Origin: Octopus sinensis
Taxonomy: Eukaryota
Assembly (NCBI RefSeq): GCF_006345805.1
Contig: NW_021834573.1
Span: forward strand, 1-59,553
Direction of reading: 5' to 3'
Length of the DNA: 59,553 nt
Shown: piece by piece, positions 28,155-40,506 of the stretch
Position numbering within the stretch: position 1 is the first letter of the stretch
Layout: every line of letters begins with the position of its first letter
Translations under genes and position numbers: made by a program
Notes under the pieces: model-generated
What the model was told of the DNA's origin: nothing
Databases searched by the model: none
What the model saw: the letters and a program-made list of their open reading frames with translations, nothing else

Positions 28155-28187
<33 letters not shown>

Positions 28188-28208
28188 CATATATACACAT
28201 ATATATAT

Positions 28209-28250
<42 letters not shown>

Positions 28251-28285
28251 ATATATATATGTGTATATATGTATATATATATATA

Positions 28286-28324
<39 letters not shown>

Positions 28325-28398
28325 GTCTACACACCTGTCTTCGTCTTTTGTTTTTTTGTCGTGAATTCTCCCTATATATATATATGTATATACATATA

Positions 28399-28434
<36 letters not shown>

Positions 28435-28520
28435 TTATATATATATATTTATGTATATATATACATACATTTCTATCTATCTATCTATGTATCTATCTGT
28501 ATATCTATATATATATATTA
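28130..28520. repeat. (TA)n/(CA)n/(TG)n compound microsatellite
   Basis: Direct reading. Confidence 0.95.
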
Positions 28521-28765
28521 TAGTAAATTAGAGATAAATCCACTATTAGGCAAATCAAACAATGAAAAACTAAAGCCAATACATAACATTAATTAATTTA
28601 TATTATTTTAAATAGATATCAAAAGTATTAAAAGTTTAATAAAAGATAATGAGTGAAACACTACGTTCGTTTTATGGCCGTCCAATTCGTAATAATTCGA
28701 GTTATGGTTACAGTCAATCTTCAGGTTATTGAAATATTTATCTTAGCGAGGTTTAGCAATATATA
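28520..28765. repeat. Unclassified dispersed repeat (AAATTAGAGATAAATCCACTATTAGG start), with a related start near 30872
   Basis: AAATTAGAGATAAA(T/A)CCACTA(T/A)TAGG occurs at ~28524 and ~30874, each directly after a microsatellite. Confidence 0.35.
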
Positions 28766-28767
28766 TA

Positions 28768-29348
28768 TAGTGGCTTAAGGTGACCCGCGCGTAGAGCGGG
28801 TGAGTTTGTGGTTGTTACTTTCTGTTGCTTCCTTTCTGTTTCTTATCGCCACATTCTCCCTCTTTGTTTCTCTATCCTTTCTCATTTACTCACTCTCATA
28901 CTCTTCCTTTCTCTCGGACTTTCATTCGCTTTCACTTACGCTTTATCTTTCTCTATCTATCTCTCTACCATTTATAAAAAGAAAATAGATTTCTGCGTTT
29001 AAATTACAAACCCGCTTCCACTTGACCATGTTGAAAATTTGATTGAAATCGGGCAAACGGTGTCCGATCTAGACTCCCGAGTGTTCCCCCAAATCAATAA
29101 AATCCCAGTTTTCACACCAAAGCAACCACTCCAGCGCCACAAAACGTCTCCCAATCAAAGTGTGCGTTTTTTGCCATAGTAACCACACCTTTTAAGATAG
29201 GGATTTCTAATCTAGCTCACTCTCATCCTCACCTTATTTTACATGTCCCTGTAAATTTTGAAGTCAATCCGACGGGATCTAGTTGCCTTTAATACGTTCC
29301 AATGCCAAAACCAGACAAACTTTTCGCATTACAGAAATATAATATAGA
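28768..29348 (-). mobile_element. Non-autonomous Helitron-like element, unit 1 (~580 bp)
   Basis: Minus-strand 5' end TCTATATT at 29348; subterminal hairpin ACCCGC-7nt-GCGGGT at 28783-28801; 3' CTAG is degenerate. Both ends are homologous to unit 2. Confidence 0.75.
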
Positions 29349-29414
29349 CTAGCTGAAGGTGACCCGCTCTACGCGCGGGTAAGAGTGTGGTTGTTACTTT
29401 CTGTTGCTTCCTTT

Positions 29415-29728
29415 CAGCACGTAAAAAGCACCATCCGAACGTGGCGGATTGCAGCGCCGCCTTGACTGGCTTCTGTGCTGGTGGCACGTAAAAAGCACCA
29501 ACCGATCGTGGCCGCTGCCAGCCCCCCTGGCACCTGTGCAGGCGGCACGAAAAAAGCACCCACTACGCTCACAGAGTGGTTGGCGTTAGGAAGGGCATCC
29601 ACCTGTCGAAACACTGCCAGATCAGACTGGAGCCTGGTGCAGCCTCCTGGCTTCCCAGACCCCTGTCAAACTGTCCAACCCGTGCTAGCACGGAAAACGG
29701 ACGTTAAACGATGATGATGATGATGATG
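29415..29728 (+). mobile_element. 5'-truncated SINE/retroposon with (GAT)n tail, inserted in Helitron unit 2
   Basis: TTGGCGTTAGGAAGGGCATCCA...CGGACGTTAAACGATGATGATGATG; Helitron homology stops near 29414 and resumes near 29729. Confidence 0.75.
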
Positions 29729-30417
29729 AGTCTCCCTCTTTGTTTCTTTCTCCTTTCTCTCTCACTTTCCCACTCTCTTACTCTTCCTTTCTCTCGGACT
29801 CTCCCTCGCTTTCTCTTACTCTCTATCTTTATGTATCTCTCTCCCATTTATAAACAACAAAAGATCTTGAGTAAGTTGAGAAATAAAATATTTAGAAAGA
29901 TCAATCATAAATATCAGGCAGTTACAAAGGAAAGGTCTGCTTCAAGACAGACAGCTAAACACTAACATTTAAAAGGGACAGACGAACTTGCGAGCTGAAT
30001 AAAAATAATAAAATATTGGAAACCAAAGTTTGAAGGGATAGAATTTGAGGATAGTAGAGTCACCATGGCTGGCATTTCTTAACGACGGACAGCAACGTAT
30101 TGACAGTTCAACGGCTGGCGTAAAATTTTGAACTTGATGTAAAAGAAAATCTCTAAAAACCAAGTTTTGACTTGATTGTTTCTCACGACAGTAGACTCAC
30201 GATGGCAAGCATTCAAAACTTCTTCATCATGGACGGCAACACATTGACGATTAAAAGGCTGGAGCAAACTTTTTAGCTTGATGTAACAGAGAATTGCTAA
30301 ACACCCGCTCCTTTAAATTTTAATCCCCTTCCAGCCCCATTTATACCCCTTTTCACCTTTTGGTTAATATAACCCGATTTCATTTGGGTCTACTGGGGCC
30401 ACATTTTATAAGATGAG

Positions 30418-30575
30418 GACTCAACCAAGTTTCCCGATTTCTGGTCATAGACCATAGAACAGTCAAGCAAGTTTCCCGAGTTCTGGTCATAGACCATAGA
30501 ACACTCAACCAAGTTTCCCGAGTTCTGGTCATAGACCATAGAACAGTAAACAAAGTTTCCCGAGTTCTGGTCATT
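30418..30575. repeat. 42-bp minisatellite, ~3.7 copies
   Basis: ACTCAACCAAGTTTCCCGAGTTCTGGTCATAGACCATAGAAC repeated; appears as a 14-aa repeat in ORF 30380..30628. Confidence 0.93.
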
Positions 30576-30827
30576 TGCAGAATAAATAGAGACGGCGGAG
30601 GTGGCAGACGTCGTTGCAATGTAAACATGATTTGTTATAAGAGAAAGATTGTCCAGATTGTGTGTTGGTGGTGTTGGTGGTGGCGATGATAATTATCATT
30701 AGGAAAAAGAGTGAGTGAATGAGTGAGGAAGACATACATAAGTTGTGGCGATGATAATTGTAGACCCCTTTTCACATTTTGATGAAGAGAACCCGATTTC
30801 ATTCGGGTGTACTGGGGCCACATATAG

Positions 30828-30861
<34 letters not shown>

Positions 30862-31439
30862 ACGCTGTAGAAATTAAATTAGAGATAAAACCACTAATAG
30901 GGAAATGAAACAGTAAAAAACCAAAAACAAAAACATAAAAATAGAAATATAATATTAGATATATGTATATGTGTGTGTGTGTGTGTTGACAGGTAGACAA
31001 TAGAATGCGCTGGCGATGGGGATGGCTATGTAATATTTGTTACTGTCCATGAACGCTGATAGATACATGAGTAAAATGTATAGGAAGGTAAGCGATAAGA
31101 GTGAGTGAAAATGTTCTTGGAAGAGAGTAAATAGCGACAGATTGATTTGAGGAAGACTTTACATTAAATAACGGTAGTTGCATTGTCAAATGAAGAGGAG
31201 TGACAGAGTACTGGAGGAAATAGGGTGAGGTAGGAAGATGGCCCCTAGCAACCACAGCTTTTAAGATAGGGATTTCTAAGGTAGCCCACGCGCATCGTTA
31301 CCTCATTCTACATGTCCCTGTAAATTTTGGATCGAATCGGACGGGATGTAGTGGCATTGAAAGCGAACCAAGCGGTAAAAACGCAATTCAGTTTTATATA
31401 TAGATATATATATATATATGAATTAGCATGAGGATCTTG

Positions 31440-31590
31440 AAGGCAATGGGTTAGTCGTTAAGGTAGGGACCTCATGATGATAATATGGTGGTCTCGATTC
31501 CTGGGCCGGACAATGCGCTGCATTCTTGAATAAAAAACTTCATTTTCTTTTCCTCAACTTCACTCACTCGGCAAGAATGAGTATTTCTGT
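31440..31590 (+). mobile_element. Highly decayed tRNA-derived SINE head
   Basis: GGTCTCGATTCCTGGGCCGG...TGCATTCTTGAATAAAAAACTTCATTT resembles the element at 38067. Confidence 0.45.
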
Positions 31591-32529
31591 GAAAGAGAAA
31601 AGAGAGGGTGAGAGAGAGAGAGAGAGAGTGAGAGAAAGATAGTGAGAGAGAGAGAAAGAGAAGAGAGAGAAAGAGGAGAAAGAGAAAGAGGAGAGAGAGT
31701 GAGAAAGAGAGAAATATACTTCCACACAATTTCCGTCTGCCAAATTCACTCGCAAGGGATAAGCCAACGCGAAGTTGCTCAAGCTGACCAAGCTGACCAA
31801 AGTGCCGTGCACTGGAGCGAACCCCAGACCACGTGGTGATTAAGGGAGCTCCTGAAGCATACAGCCAAAACTAACAGTATTTCCACAAGGCCTTAGATTT
31901 TCTCTGGTATTTCAGATGGCGCACTCTATCCGATCTTTTTACTCTTTCATTTTTCTCTCTTTCTCTCTCTTATTTTTTTACCTCCTCTTCTCCCACTATT
32001 CTATCCTATATTTCTGTCACTCTCTCTCTCACTCCTCCTTCCTTGCTCACGCGGCTCCCACATGGCCATCGGCCATCTTTCTTTCTTCTCCTAACTTGTC
32101 TTTCTTTCTTTCTCTCTGTTGTAGCTGGAACAAGGATGACGTGTTCTTGTCTGTCTCCTGGCCAAGCTTGGTTTACGCGGTCGCCACCATAACCTCGTTT
32201 AGGCTTAGCAGCTCTTCCTGTTTGTTTTCACTGTTCTGTTTGTGTTACCAATTCTGACCCTCCGCAAAATCCCAAATTTTCTTTAATTTGCTTTACGGGA
32301 GCAACTGGTATATCGAAAGCGTACATTGCTGTTAAATGCTCCAAATACGAGTGTAGAAAAAACAGCCAACAACTGATGAAGGATCGTTCTTTATGTTGTT
32401 TGTCGTGTTTTCCATTTGTGTCTTTCGATGTTCGAAAAAATAGTACATATTCCATGCCCACATATACATACATACATACATACATATACATATATATATA
32501 TATATTATATATATATATATATAATATAT

Positions 32530-32571
<42 letters not shown>

Positions 32572-32625
32572 CTACGTATAGATGTAAGTATGTACAAATA
32601 CTTATATATATATATATATATATAT

Positions 32626-33029
32626 ATTTACTATTTTACTTGTTTCAGTCATTTGACTGCGGCCATGCTGGAGCACCGCTTTTAGTCGAGCAAATCGACC
32701 CCAGGATTTATTCTTTGTAAGCCCAGTACTTATTCTATCGGTTTCTTTTGCCGAACTGCTAAGTTACGTGGACGTAAACACACCACCATCGGTTGTCAAG
32801 CAACGTGTGAGGGGGCAAACAGACACACAAGCATATATACACACAAACATATACATACATATATACGACGGGATTCTTTCAGTTTCCGTCTACCAAATCC
32901 ACCCACAAGGCTTTGGTCGGCCCGAGGCTATAGTAGAAGACACTTGCCCAAGGTGTCACGCAGTGCGACTGAACACAGAACCATGTGGTTCGTAAGCAAG
33001 TTACTTACCACATAGCCACTCCTGCCCCT
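32626..33029 (-). mobile_element. Full-length tRNA-derived SINE, family 1 (head GGCGCAGGAGTGGCTGTGTGGTAAG)
   Basis: Reverse complement of 45742-46160; A/B-box-like head, CTTGGGCAAGTGTCTTCT central block, GAAACAAGTAAAA tail. Confidence 0.9.
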
Positions 33030-33559
33030 ATTATTATATTATATATGTATACATATATATATGAGATTCATTTGACGGTCAAAAAGCATAGCTGTTGTCG
33101 AAATAGCTTAGCATCAATGTGATTTTAAGTATAGGATGCGTTAAGTTTTTATCCAGTTGGTTCTCTTACCATTCTATATAGAGAAAAATAAATTTTTCGT
33201 AGGCTTTATGATAGCTTCAGAATACACGTGAAATCTAATTGGAAAGCCTAAGTCAGATGCTTCAAACTTAGGCATTTTTGGATATCTCACACATTTGATA
33301 GTGCTGTCTGCAAACGTTGGTGATACGAGCATCAACCGTAATCAGTAAAACTAAAGCAGACGTGAAGTGAATAAGGATTCATATAATCCAGTTTGAACAA
33401 CATAGAGTCGTTTAGAAATAGGGGTTTTAATATGTACTTATATCTTATAAAACTGCTCGTTACGTGGCTAAACTGAGAGGGATTGACAAAATTATAGAGG
33501 AAAATATTCAAACTCACATTTTATTGACCAGATATCTACGCGTGAGCGCTTGTTACTGA

Positions 33560-33856
33560 CAGTGCTGTATGGATACACACACACACACACGCACACACAC
33601 ACACACACACAACTATAAATACACACACATGTATGATATATATATGCATTTACGTGTATATGTGTGTATGCGTACATGTATCCATACACACGTATACCTT
33701 TGGATGTATATCGATGTGGATATAGATATGTATGTATATATATGTATGTATATATGTATGTGTGTGTGTACGTATGCATATATATATATATATATATATT
33801 TCTCTATATGTAATGCATGTGTGTGTTTATATATATATATATATATATATCTATAT

Positions 33857-33889
<33 letters not shown>

Positions 33890-34004
33890 GTCTGTATATA
33901 TATATATATGTCTGTATATATATATATATATGTCTGTATATATATATATATATCTAGTATATACGTACATTTAAAAATATATGCATTTATGACTATATAT
34001 GCAC

Positions 34005-34046
<42 letters not shown>

Positions 34047-34128
34047 TATGTATGTATATATAAATATACATATATACGTATACATACACCCACACGTTCA
34101 CATACATACACATACAAGCCCGTGCATT

Positions 34129-34224
<96 letters not shown>

Positions 34225-34241
34225 ATATCTATCTATCTATC

Positions 34242-34340
<99 letters not shown>
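33560..34340. repeat. Compound microsatellites (CA)n, (TA)n, (TATC)n
   Basis: Direct reading; (TATC)n at ~34130-34340. Confidence 0.95.
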
Positions 34341-34702
34341 TCCTATAATCTTACTTTGCACTCCTCCTTATAAAGCCACTTAAAGTTACTCAACGACAAA
34401 ATACCAGGAATTATTCATTGAAAATATGCCAATGATTTCTGTTGACAAGGTTTTGCGATGAAGTTAATAATCCCATTAATTCGACGAACGTCATCAAATT
34501 GACACGATTATCGACTTAAATTGATGGAGGAACACACCTATGTTGTTGATGTAGAAAAGGTGGGTTTAACCAGTATACGAGAATACTGATCCTCTACGAG
34601 CAGTCGCTTCATGGAAAGTTTTTCCCGGTATTCAGCAGCTAGAGAACGTAGAGAAATAGGCTTTATCAATCCCATCCCTTGCAACAACCACACACACACA
34701 CA

Positions 34703-34751
<49 letters not shown>

Positions 34752-35042
34752 GCACGCACACACGCGCACACACACACGCACACACACACACGCACATTCG
34801 ATTACTTATCTGTAGTTTTGTTTGTGTGTTTATGTGCATGTATTAGCGAATGTATACACACATACATACATACATACATACATACATACATACATGCATG
34901 CATGCATGCATACATACATACATGCATGCATGCATACATACATACATACATGCATACATACATACATATATACATACATACATACATATTTACATACATA
35001 TACAAATATACATAAATAAATACGTACGTACATACATACATA

Positions 35043-35772
35043 GAGGGTGCGATGGGTAAATTGTCACTATTTGATATCTTTAATTTCGTCCATGCGCATT
35101 GTTTGTTTTTGACTTTGTCGACTACACAGTATAACAGGGTCAGTTGGGCACCGTCTGTGAGAAAAACAGCACCAGAAATTTGGAAACGACATTCTGTACT
35201 ACTTGGCATTTGCACCGGAAGCCCCAATACGAACATTTCACAGTGTTTGGGTGTCAATCTGAGGACAGTGCAATCTGAGGACATGTACTGATAGCAATAA
35301 AAAATCAAACATCCAGTCAACATCATGGTGTTTGGAGTGATCATTAGTGATGGTGAAGTTATGCCTCCATTCATCTTCCCACACGGCCTCAGACACAACA
35401 CGGAGGCCTACATCAAGTGCCTGCAGGAGGTAGTGCTGCCCTAGGTCAAGAGAATGGCTGCTGGAAGCCACTATGTCTGGCAATAGGACTCTACACCATG
35501 CCACACAAGCCGGAGAACCCAGTCATAGCTGTCAGACAATTTCTGCGACCACGTCAGCCCTAACATTTGGCCACCTAACTCCCCAAACTGCAGCCCCCTT
35601 GATAATTATGTGCGGGCGCAATTGAGCAAGAGACCAACAAAACTCCTTGTAACACCAAAGAGGAACTGAAAGCAAGGCTTATGGTAGCATTCACCAACTT
35701 AAACAAGGAAGCCGTCCAGAAGAATTGCAGGAGATTCCGAAGTCTCTGTAGGCTGTGGTTGAAGCCAATGCT
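35043..35772 (+). pseudogene. Internally deleted Tc1/mariner-superfamily DD37D (maT) transposon with a dead transposase
   Basis: TA at 35041-35042 then a TIR-like GAGGGTGCGATGGGTAAATTGTCAC; N-terminal HTH-like PEIWKRHSVLLGICTGSPNTNISQCLGVNLRTVQ. From 35307 it reads KHPVNIMVFGVI...YVWQ*DSTPCHTSRRTQS*LSDNFCDHVSPNIWPPNSPNCSPLD, with 37 residues between the two catalytic D positions. Several stops and a frameshift. Confidence 0.88.
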
Positions 35773-35888
35773 CTCATGCTCACACATATATACACATATA
35801 TACTTACATACATTATGTGTACATATACACATACATTATATTTACATACAAATACACTCATGTATATATGTATGTATATATATATATA

Positions 35889-36899
35889 TAGTAATATAAT
35901 AAATAAATAAAATATATGCATATATACATACATATATGTACATACATCTACATGTATATATACATGCATACATATATATATATGTGAGTACAGGACACCA
36001 CAAATAAACGTAGAACACAACGAGAGACGAGAACATAAAATCAAACAAGGAAATGGACTTTTTTTAAATAACGAAAAAACAGAGTACAGGACAAACAATA
36101 CAAGGAAAATTCCCCTTCATCAGCTGTCCCTGGTTCGACTCAAAGTGTGTTTCGAAGGTAAGGACAGAACACAGTCGAAGCAGTCCTTCCTGCAAAAGGA
36201 ATTAAATAAAATTCTTTTGCAGAGGGGTAAAACAAGTGACAAAAACAGGACGTAAAAGCAATACAAATGAAGAAAAAACAGTACAATAAAATGAAGAAAA
36301 AACAGTACAATAAAGAAACAGGACAGGAAACATCCAATAAGGGCTTTTTTTGCCTGGACGGTGGAAAAATTAGTTAGAACGCTTGTGAAAAATCGGCTTA
36401 CGAAGGACAGAGAAGTCGATCTATACTTGTTGAAAGACGAAGCTGAAAGAACGTTTTAGCAACCCTCTGGTCAGAACGAGGAGGAGGAGGAGGAGGAGAG
36501 AGAGAGAGGGGGGAAAGAAACCGGAAGGGTGAAAAATAAAGAAAGTGTTAGCAACTCTCTGGTCAGGAGGAGGAGGAGGAGGAGGAGGAGGAGAGAGGCA
36601 GAGAGAGAAAGAGAGAGAGGAGAAAGAAACCAGAAATGGTGAAAAACAAGTAGAGAGAAAGACAGACAGGCAGGGAGGAAAGGTCAAAGAGTGCGCATCG
36701 TGATGATTCAAATAAAAACTTGGAGAAGAGAAATAGAGAAATAACGCGTGCGTTCGGTCATATAGTAATATAATAAATAAATAAAATATATGCATATATA
36801 CATACATATATGTACATACTTACATCTACGTATATATATACATGCATACATATATATATATATGTGAGTAAAGACACCACAAATAAACGTAGAACACAA
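35889..36899. repeat. ~135-bp direct repeat pair (35889-36020 and 36763-36899) flanking purine-rich sequence; possibly a Penelope-like remnant
   Basis: TAGTAATATAATAAATAAATAAAATATATGC...GACACCACAAATAAACGTAGAACACAA is present twice, offset ~874. PLE assignment is inference only. Confidence 0.6.
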
Positions 36900-36940
36900 G
36901 AAGAAGCAGATGATGACGATGACGATGATGATGAAGAAGA

Positions 36941-37025
<85 letters not shown>

Positions 37026-37380
37026 GCACATATATATGTACACACACAGACACTCATTCACACATATGTCTTTGTTTACAGATATAATAAAAGTGCTCAA
37101 TATATGATGCACACATGATATTTATTAGAAATCAATTGAACGTTCATTCCATTGCTACTCGGAATTTTCCCGGCATTTATGGTAGCACAAACATCCTTAT
37201 GTTTTTCGGGTGTTTCATGTCAAAGACCTATTGTCTCTATAATGTATGAGATACTTTTGGGAGTTACGTTATGATCTGCGCGATTGCTGTTCGGAAGACC
37301 TCTTAGTCGGTCGCTTTAAGATCACTAAAGTCAGACAGGTTCTGCTTTCGGAATTTTCTAACTGGTGGTTCTGTTAGAGT

Positions 37381-37720
37381 GAAGGCGCATGGCTCAGTGG
37401 TTAGAACGTCGAGCTTATGATCATGAGGTTGTGAGTTCGAATCCCGGACCGGGCTGCGAGTTGTGTTCTTGAGCAAGACACTTTATTTTCACGTTGCTCC
37501 AGTTCACTCAGCTGTAGAAATGAGTTGCGACATCACAGGTGCCAAGCTGTATCGACCTTTGCTTTTCCCTCGGATAACACTGGTGGCGTGGAGAGGGGAG
37601 GCCGGTATGCATGGGCAAATGCTGATCTTCCATAAACAACCTTGCGTGGACTTGTGCCTGGGAGGGTAACTTTCTAGGTGCAATCCCATGGTCAGTCATG
37701 ACTGAGGCGGTAGGGGGGGG
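37381..37720 (+). mobile_element. Full-length tRNA-derived CORE-type SINE, family 4
   Basis: A box TGGCTCAGTGG, B box GTTCGAATCC, CORE-like TTGTGTTCTTGAGCAAGACACTT; 3' half matches 46161-46370. Confidence 0.88.
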
Positions 37721-38066
37721 TCTCAGGTTCTGTTAGAATTCTTGATGCGCTGACAGGGTTTTATTAAGGGCGCGAATGAGAGGAGAAGATAATGGAAATA
37801 TGTAGAGCTTGTGGAACCAAAATAGCCGGTGGAAATATGTCTGAACCTAATTGAGTTGCGATGCAGTGAACTTACAAACAAATCCCTCTGCAGGGCCTAC
37901 AGCATGCTGCGTATTACAGAGTCAGTTGGCAGAAGGCTATCACCTTTACTGTGGAGAGATAGTTGATTCTAGGTAGATGTGGATGAAGAGGCGTAAACAA
38001 GTAGGCTCCATAGGGTAGTGCTAATTAGATATAAACTGTGATTTGATGAAGCCCTTGTCTGTGCTA

Positions 38067-38310
38067 GTGGAGGCGCGTGGCTTAGTGGTTAGGGTATCAG
38101 CATCATGATCGTAAGATTGTGGTTTCGATTCCTGGACCAGGTGACTCGTTGTATTCTTGAGCAAAACACTTCATTTCAGTCCACTCAGCTGGCAAAAATG
38201 AGTAACGCTGCGATGGACTGGCGCTCTGTCCAGCTGGGAAACACATACGCCATTAAAACCGGGAAACCGGGCCCAGGAGCCTGGCTAGGCTTTAAAAGAG
38301 CGCATTTATT
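38067..38310 (+). mobile_element. tRNA-derived CORE-type SINE with a different 3' module
   Basis: GTGGAGGCGCGTGGCTTAGTGG...GGTTTCGATTCC...TTCTTGAGCAAAACACTT...CTGCGATGGACTGGCG. Confidence 0.8.
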
Positions 38311-39014
38311 TTTTATTTGTCCGTGCTAACATGTAGCAACCCACATCGTTTCGGATTGGCGGCGACTAAAGCAATAATCAACTTCATCGTGTTTTCTCCT
38401 AGGAATATCCTCAGGGAGCATGGTAAAACGTAAAATTTCAGCTCCCAACGCACCTCACGAAGTAAAACACGGTACCAGGGAAGATTACAATAGACTGCAA
38501 CACCAGTATCTCTGAACATTCGGACAGTAGAATAAAATGATTGGACATACCTGTATGGAAGCTATCGATTTGGGAGAGCTGACTTAGACAATCAGCTTGT
38601 TTTGGTGACAGTACTTTTTGGCACTGGAGGTATACACATGCATACATACGCGAAAGCGCGAGTGCAGAAATATGCATGTATAGCTAGAAAGAGGGAGGCG
38701 GAGAAGGAGAGAGAGAAATAAAGAGAGTGAGAGAGAGAGACATTACAATTTATCAATTCAATATGATGGGCATAAACACTTTCTCCTTTCCTCATATATA
38801 CAAGAGACATATGCCTACATACAAAAACACGCACATACACTCAACAGAGAGAGAGAGAGAGAGAGAGAGGATGAGAGAGAGAGAGAGAGAGAGGGAGAGA
38901 GCAGGTGAGAGAGAGGAGAGAATGGGAGAGAGGCAGAGAGAGGGGAGAAAATGGGAGAGAAAGGGGGAGAGAGGGGAGGGAGAGAAAAAGGGTTATATAT
39001 ATATATATATATAA

Positions 39015-39052
<38 letters not shown>

Positions 39053-39055
39053 CAC

Positions 39056-39367
39056 CGTGATCACCGTACCGACCAGGGCATTAGATGTTGCTACACATCG
39101 CTGGTCACAATGCGCTCCGCATTGTTTTAGCCTTCAAACGACGCCACCACGCTGGCTAAGCGAGCAGGCCAACAGAGAAGAAAAGAGAGTGAGAGAAAGG
39201 TGTGGGGAAAGGGTACAGCAGGTATCACCACCAACCCTTGACGGTGACTCGTGGAGCTTTAGGTGTTTTCGCCCAATAAACACTGACAACGCCCGGTCTG
39301 GGAATTGAAACCGCGATCCTACGACCGCGAGTCCGCTGCCCTAACCACTGGGCCATTGTGCCTCCAC
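39056..39367 (-). mobile_element. tRNA-derived SINE, family 3, tail variant B
   Basis: Reverse-complement head GTGGAGGCACAATGGCCCAGTGGTTAGGGC; matches 42826-43136 over its length. Confidence 0.88.
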
Positions 39368-39371
39368 ACAC

Positions 39372-39409
<38 letters not shown>

Positions 39410-39859
39410 ACACACATACATATATATAGGCAGAGAAAGAAAAATAGATAGACAGAGAGATACAGAGACAGTGGAAGAGAGAGAGAGAGAGAGAGAGAGT
39501 GAGAGAGAGAGGAAAAGAGAGTGATAAAGAAGGAGAAAATGGGAAGAACACAAGAGAAGCTTTAAAACGCCTGGTGTCAAGTAATAATCGAATCAGAGAC
39601 GCCAATTAGATGGCGCCAAGAGGACTACGCCAATAAGTCTCATTTCTATTGGACAGACCTCCCTTTGTTTCTCACACACAATTGTGCAATGAATAAGGTG
39701 GCCGTGGGGTACAACTCAGAACTCTTCCTTTCCGTTAACCAAAGTCATTAGCGAATGGTCTGAGGGTGTTGAAGAAACCTTAGTAACATCTTCTACAAAG
39801 ACAAAAGAGAGGAAGAGATAAAAGGAAAGAGATGAGTATACCTGTGTCGGAGTATGCGT

Positions 39860-39878
39860 ATGTGGATAGGTGTGTGTG

Positions 39879-39941
<63 letters not shown>

Positions 39942-40133
39942 TGGTGTGTGTGTGTGTGTGGGCGCGTGGGTATATGTAACTGTCTGCTTGCGTATATGAG
40001 TGTGTGTAAGTAGGTTTGAGAGGAAGCAATATAGACAGGCAGACGGACTAGACAGATATAGATAGATGGATAGTTAGTTAGATAGATAGGTAGAGAGAGA
40101 GGAGAGAGAGAGAGAGAGGAGACAGAGACAGAG

Positions 40134-40166
<33 letters not shown>

Positions 40167-40251
40167 CAGAGCTGTTTAGACAGACGGACAGACAGAGAGA
40201 CTGATAGACCGATGAATGGATGAACAGATCTATGTTTAGATAGATAATAAG

Positions 40252-40294
<43 letters not shown>

Positions 40295-40500
40295 CGATAA
40301 GGTGATAAAGAGACATGAGTATTTGACCGCATGTGTGTGTGTGTGTGTATGTCAATCGATGTGTATATGCGTTAGTGTATATATGTGCATATGTGCGAGT
40401 TCAAGAGGGAGAGAGAGAGGTAAATGCATGCATGCATACACACACAACACACACACACACACCACACACACACATACACACACATATATATATATATATA
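39860..40500. repeat. (TG)n, (AG)n, (GATA)n and (CA)n microsatellite cluster
   Basis: Direct reading. Confidence 0.9.
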
Positions 40501-40506
40501 TATTCG

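Larger units (their letters stand above)
29349..31404 (-). mobile_element. Non-autonomous Helitron-like element, unit 2 (~2.05 kb including inserts)
   Basis: 3' CTAG at 29349-29352 with hairpin at 29362-29380; 5' A|TCTATATATAAAAC at 31404. 31245-31404 matches 29180-29348; 29730-29860 matches 28855-28985. Confidence 0.7.

Noticed and set aside
20586-28334. ORFs with KPVQTGSNRF and [12 protein letters not shown] repeats
   Set aside because: Translations of the 10- and 13-bp repeats.
34345-34690. Possible exon (SLAAEYREKLSMKRLLVEDQYSR) on the minus strand
   Set aside because: No convincing acceptor, a stop before the nearest donor, and no recognisable domain.
37381-37460. tRNA gene
   Set aside because: A and B boxes are present, but the cloverleaf is not intact and the sequence runs into a SINE body; the same applies to the other SINE heads.
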